Of a DNA stretch of 64,000 nucleotides, positions 62,445 through 64,000 are shown piece by piece. How positions within the stretch are numbered: the stretch's first letter is position 1; each line of letters starts with the position of its first letter. Origin of the DNA: Camelus ferus (Eukaryota); assembly GCF_009834535.1 (NCBI RefSeq), contig NC_045696.1, forward strand, positions 42,906,001-42,970,000. The letters are read 5' to 3'. The notes under the pieces were generated by a model. That model did no database searches and was not told the DNA's origin. It saw only the letters and a program-made list of their open reading frames with translations. Position numbers and translations under genes: made by a program.

Positions 62445-64000
62445 ATCACAGTCTACCTTTAAATAATATCATTAGCTCTATGTTCTAAACAAAAAATTAA
62501 GTTCTACTGTTTTTGTGTTAGATAATCAATAATTTGTTAGAACCATTAAGAATTAAAAATAAGTAAATTTTATTTCAGCTTTATTTTGTTTAATTCCTTC
62601 TGGCCCACACACTTCAGAAAGGCAATTTTCTATGACAAATAAACTTTTTTTCCTTTCTTTCTTTCTTTCTTTGTCCTTTGTCTCTGACCTGCAAATTTCA
62701 AAGTCTCAGGTCTCCTAGTTTATCCATGAAATCCTGGTAGATGGACATGTAAACTTGCATGTAAACACGTAAACTTGCTGAAATCTCAAGCCTTCATTGT
62801 GCTCAAAGTATCTCTACATGGCTTCCTTTATGCCAGTGTTCTGCCCCCAAATTCCAGCTATTTTGTTCTCCCTGAACACTGGCTTCTGTCTCCTCATCTC
62901 AGTGAGCCCATCTTTCTCTACTTGGTTTTTCCCAATCTGTGTTATGTCCCCAAAATGCCTGAAGGAAGGAAGCTGGAGTGATTGTAGGGCAGGTTTCTTG
63001 TTTCCCATCTCTCAGGACATGGAGCCCTGCACTGGTTCATTGTCTTAGGTCTGAAAATCATTGTTGTATTTTATTTTGTACAGTTTTCTAGTTTTGCTTT
63101 TTTGTTTTTCTTTAATATCAAGAAGGGATGCATCTGGTACCAGTTACTCCTTCACGACTGGCCTGTTTTAGAGTTTTGATTTTAAAATTTTAATTATATT
63201 TATTTTATTTAGTTTAAATTAGTTTTTTATTATCAAAATTGTGTGTGGGTTTCCCTTGGTTGGTTTTCTTGGTTATCCTAAGAAAATAAGTATTCTTTGA
63301 CTTTCTCATGTAAAAATAGTATATATTACCGTGACCATTCGATGATCTCACTGGAACATTCAAACTTTATTTCCACTTACTTGCTTCTGACTTTGCATTA
63401 TTTTAAACATGCATTTTAAACATTTGAAGATATTATAGTTATCATTTTGTATGGTTAACATTTGTTTGTATTTATCGACCTGCTTACTTTTATTGGTGGT
63501 TTTTATTATTTCGTGTACTTTCATATACAGAGAAAAGAACCATGGAGGTAAATAAAGAAAGCAGGAAGGGAGGAACATAAGGAGGAAAGGTGGGGAGTTA
63601 CATCCTTCTGATTTTACTCAAAGTAACACATATTTTACTTAGAGAAACAGACAACTAAATCTTAACTAAGAGGATGAATGGTAAGAATTTTATGAAATGT
63701 CTATTTTTTAGTTTAAAGATATATTAGGGAATCTGGCATTAGTTGCATCATCAATGATTTGGATTTACCGTAAGTATTTAATGTAAGGAATCATTCCTCC
63801 AGTTGAGTTAAGTATATGGAAGAGTTATCAAAAGAGCATTGCTTCACTTTTCCAGAATGTGTTCAATATGATCTTATTAGAATCAATAGATTAGATTAGG
63901 CCTGGTCACCTCTCAAGGAGAATGCCAGGTCCAAGAATACTTGTAGTATGTAAAGAAACTCCTCCTTCAGCTATGTTGCTGCGAGACCGTTCTATGGTTT

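Larger units (their letters stand above)
57670..63162 (-). mobile_element. Fragmented old L1MC/MD-type element (3' UTR ~57670-59450, ORF2 pieces ~59470-62600, 5' end ~62770-63162) with nested insertions
   Basis: 3' end 'ttagggttacagaaattttg...gatccaacccaggattctatgttgcgtttagttgt'. ORF2 'ggatgttgatttttgtcaaatactttttct'. L1M 5'-end motif 'gtttcccatctctcagg...gtctgaaaatcattgtt...ctggtaccagttactcc'. Confidence 0.75.

Noticed and set aside
206..63578. All ORF-track entries as genuine genes
   Set aside because: All are 164 aa or shorter, and many use non-ATG starts or are low-complexity. The recognisable peptides are decayed L1 ORF2 pieces or their antisense frames, and no cellular protein was recognised.

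Overview
This is AT-rich, CpG-depleted eukaryotic (mammalian) genomic DNA with no supportable intact protein-coding gene, tRNA/rRNA gene, CRISPR array or prokaryotic-type system. More than half of it is recognisable interspersed repeat: LINE-1 of several ages (including a decayed near-full-length ~7.1 kb copy at ~33.9-41.0 kb), L2, MIR, MaLR/ERVL/ERV1 solo LTRs and Tigger-type MITEs. A tRNA-Ala-derived SINE resembling camelid Vic-1 suggests a camel/alpaca-like host (inference). The ORF-track entries are either decayed L1 ORF2 fragments or chance ORFs. The most interesting signals are small: (1) an 83-bp TTAA-flanked insertion with degenerate terminal inverted repeats inside the big L1, a piggyBac-like MITE candidate; (2) a young L1 with a mutated poly(A) signal and an apparent 3' transduction; (3) a ~100-bp orphan poly(A)-tailed retrocopy; (4) three 5'-inverted (twin-primed) L1s; (5) a pre-miRNA-sized hairpin in non-repeat DNA; (6) candidate CTCF/enhancer motifs. 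Repeat family names come from remembered consensus similarity, not a database search. Boundaries are approximate unless a TSD or TIR is quoted.
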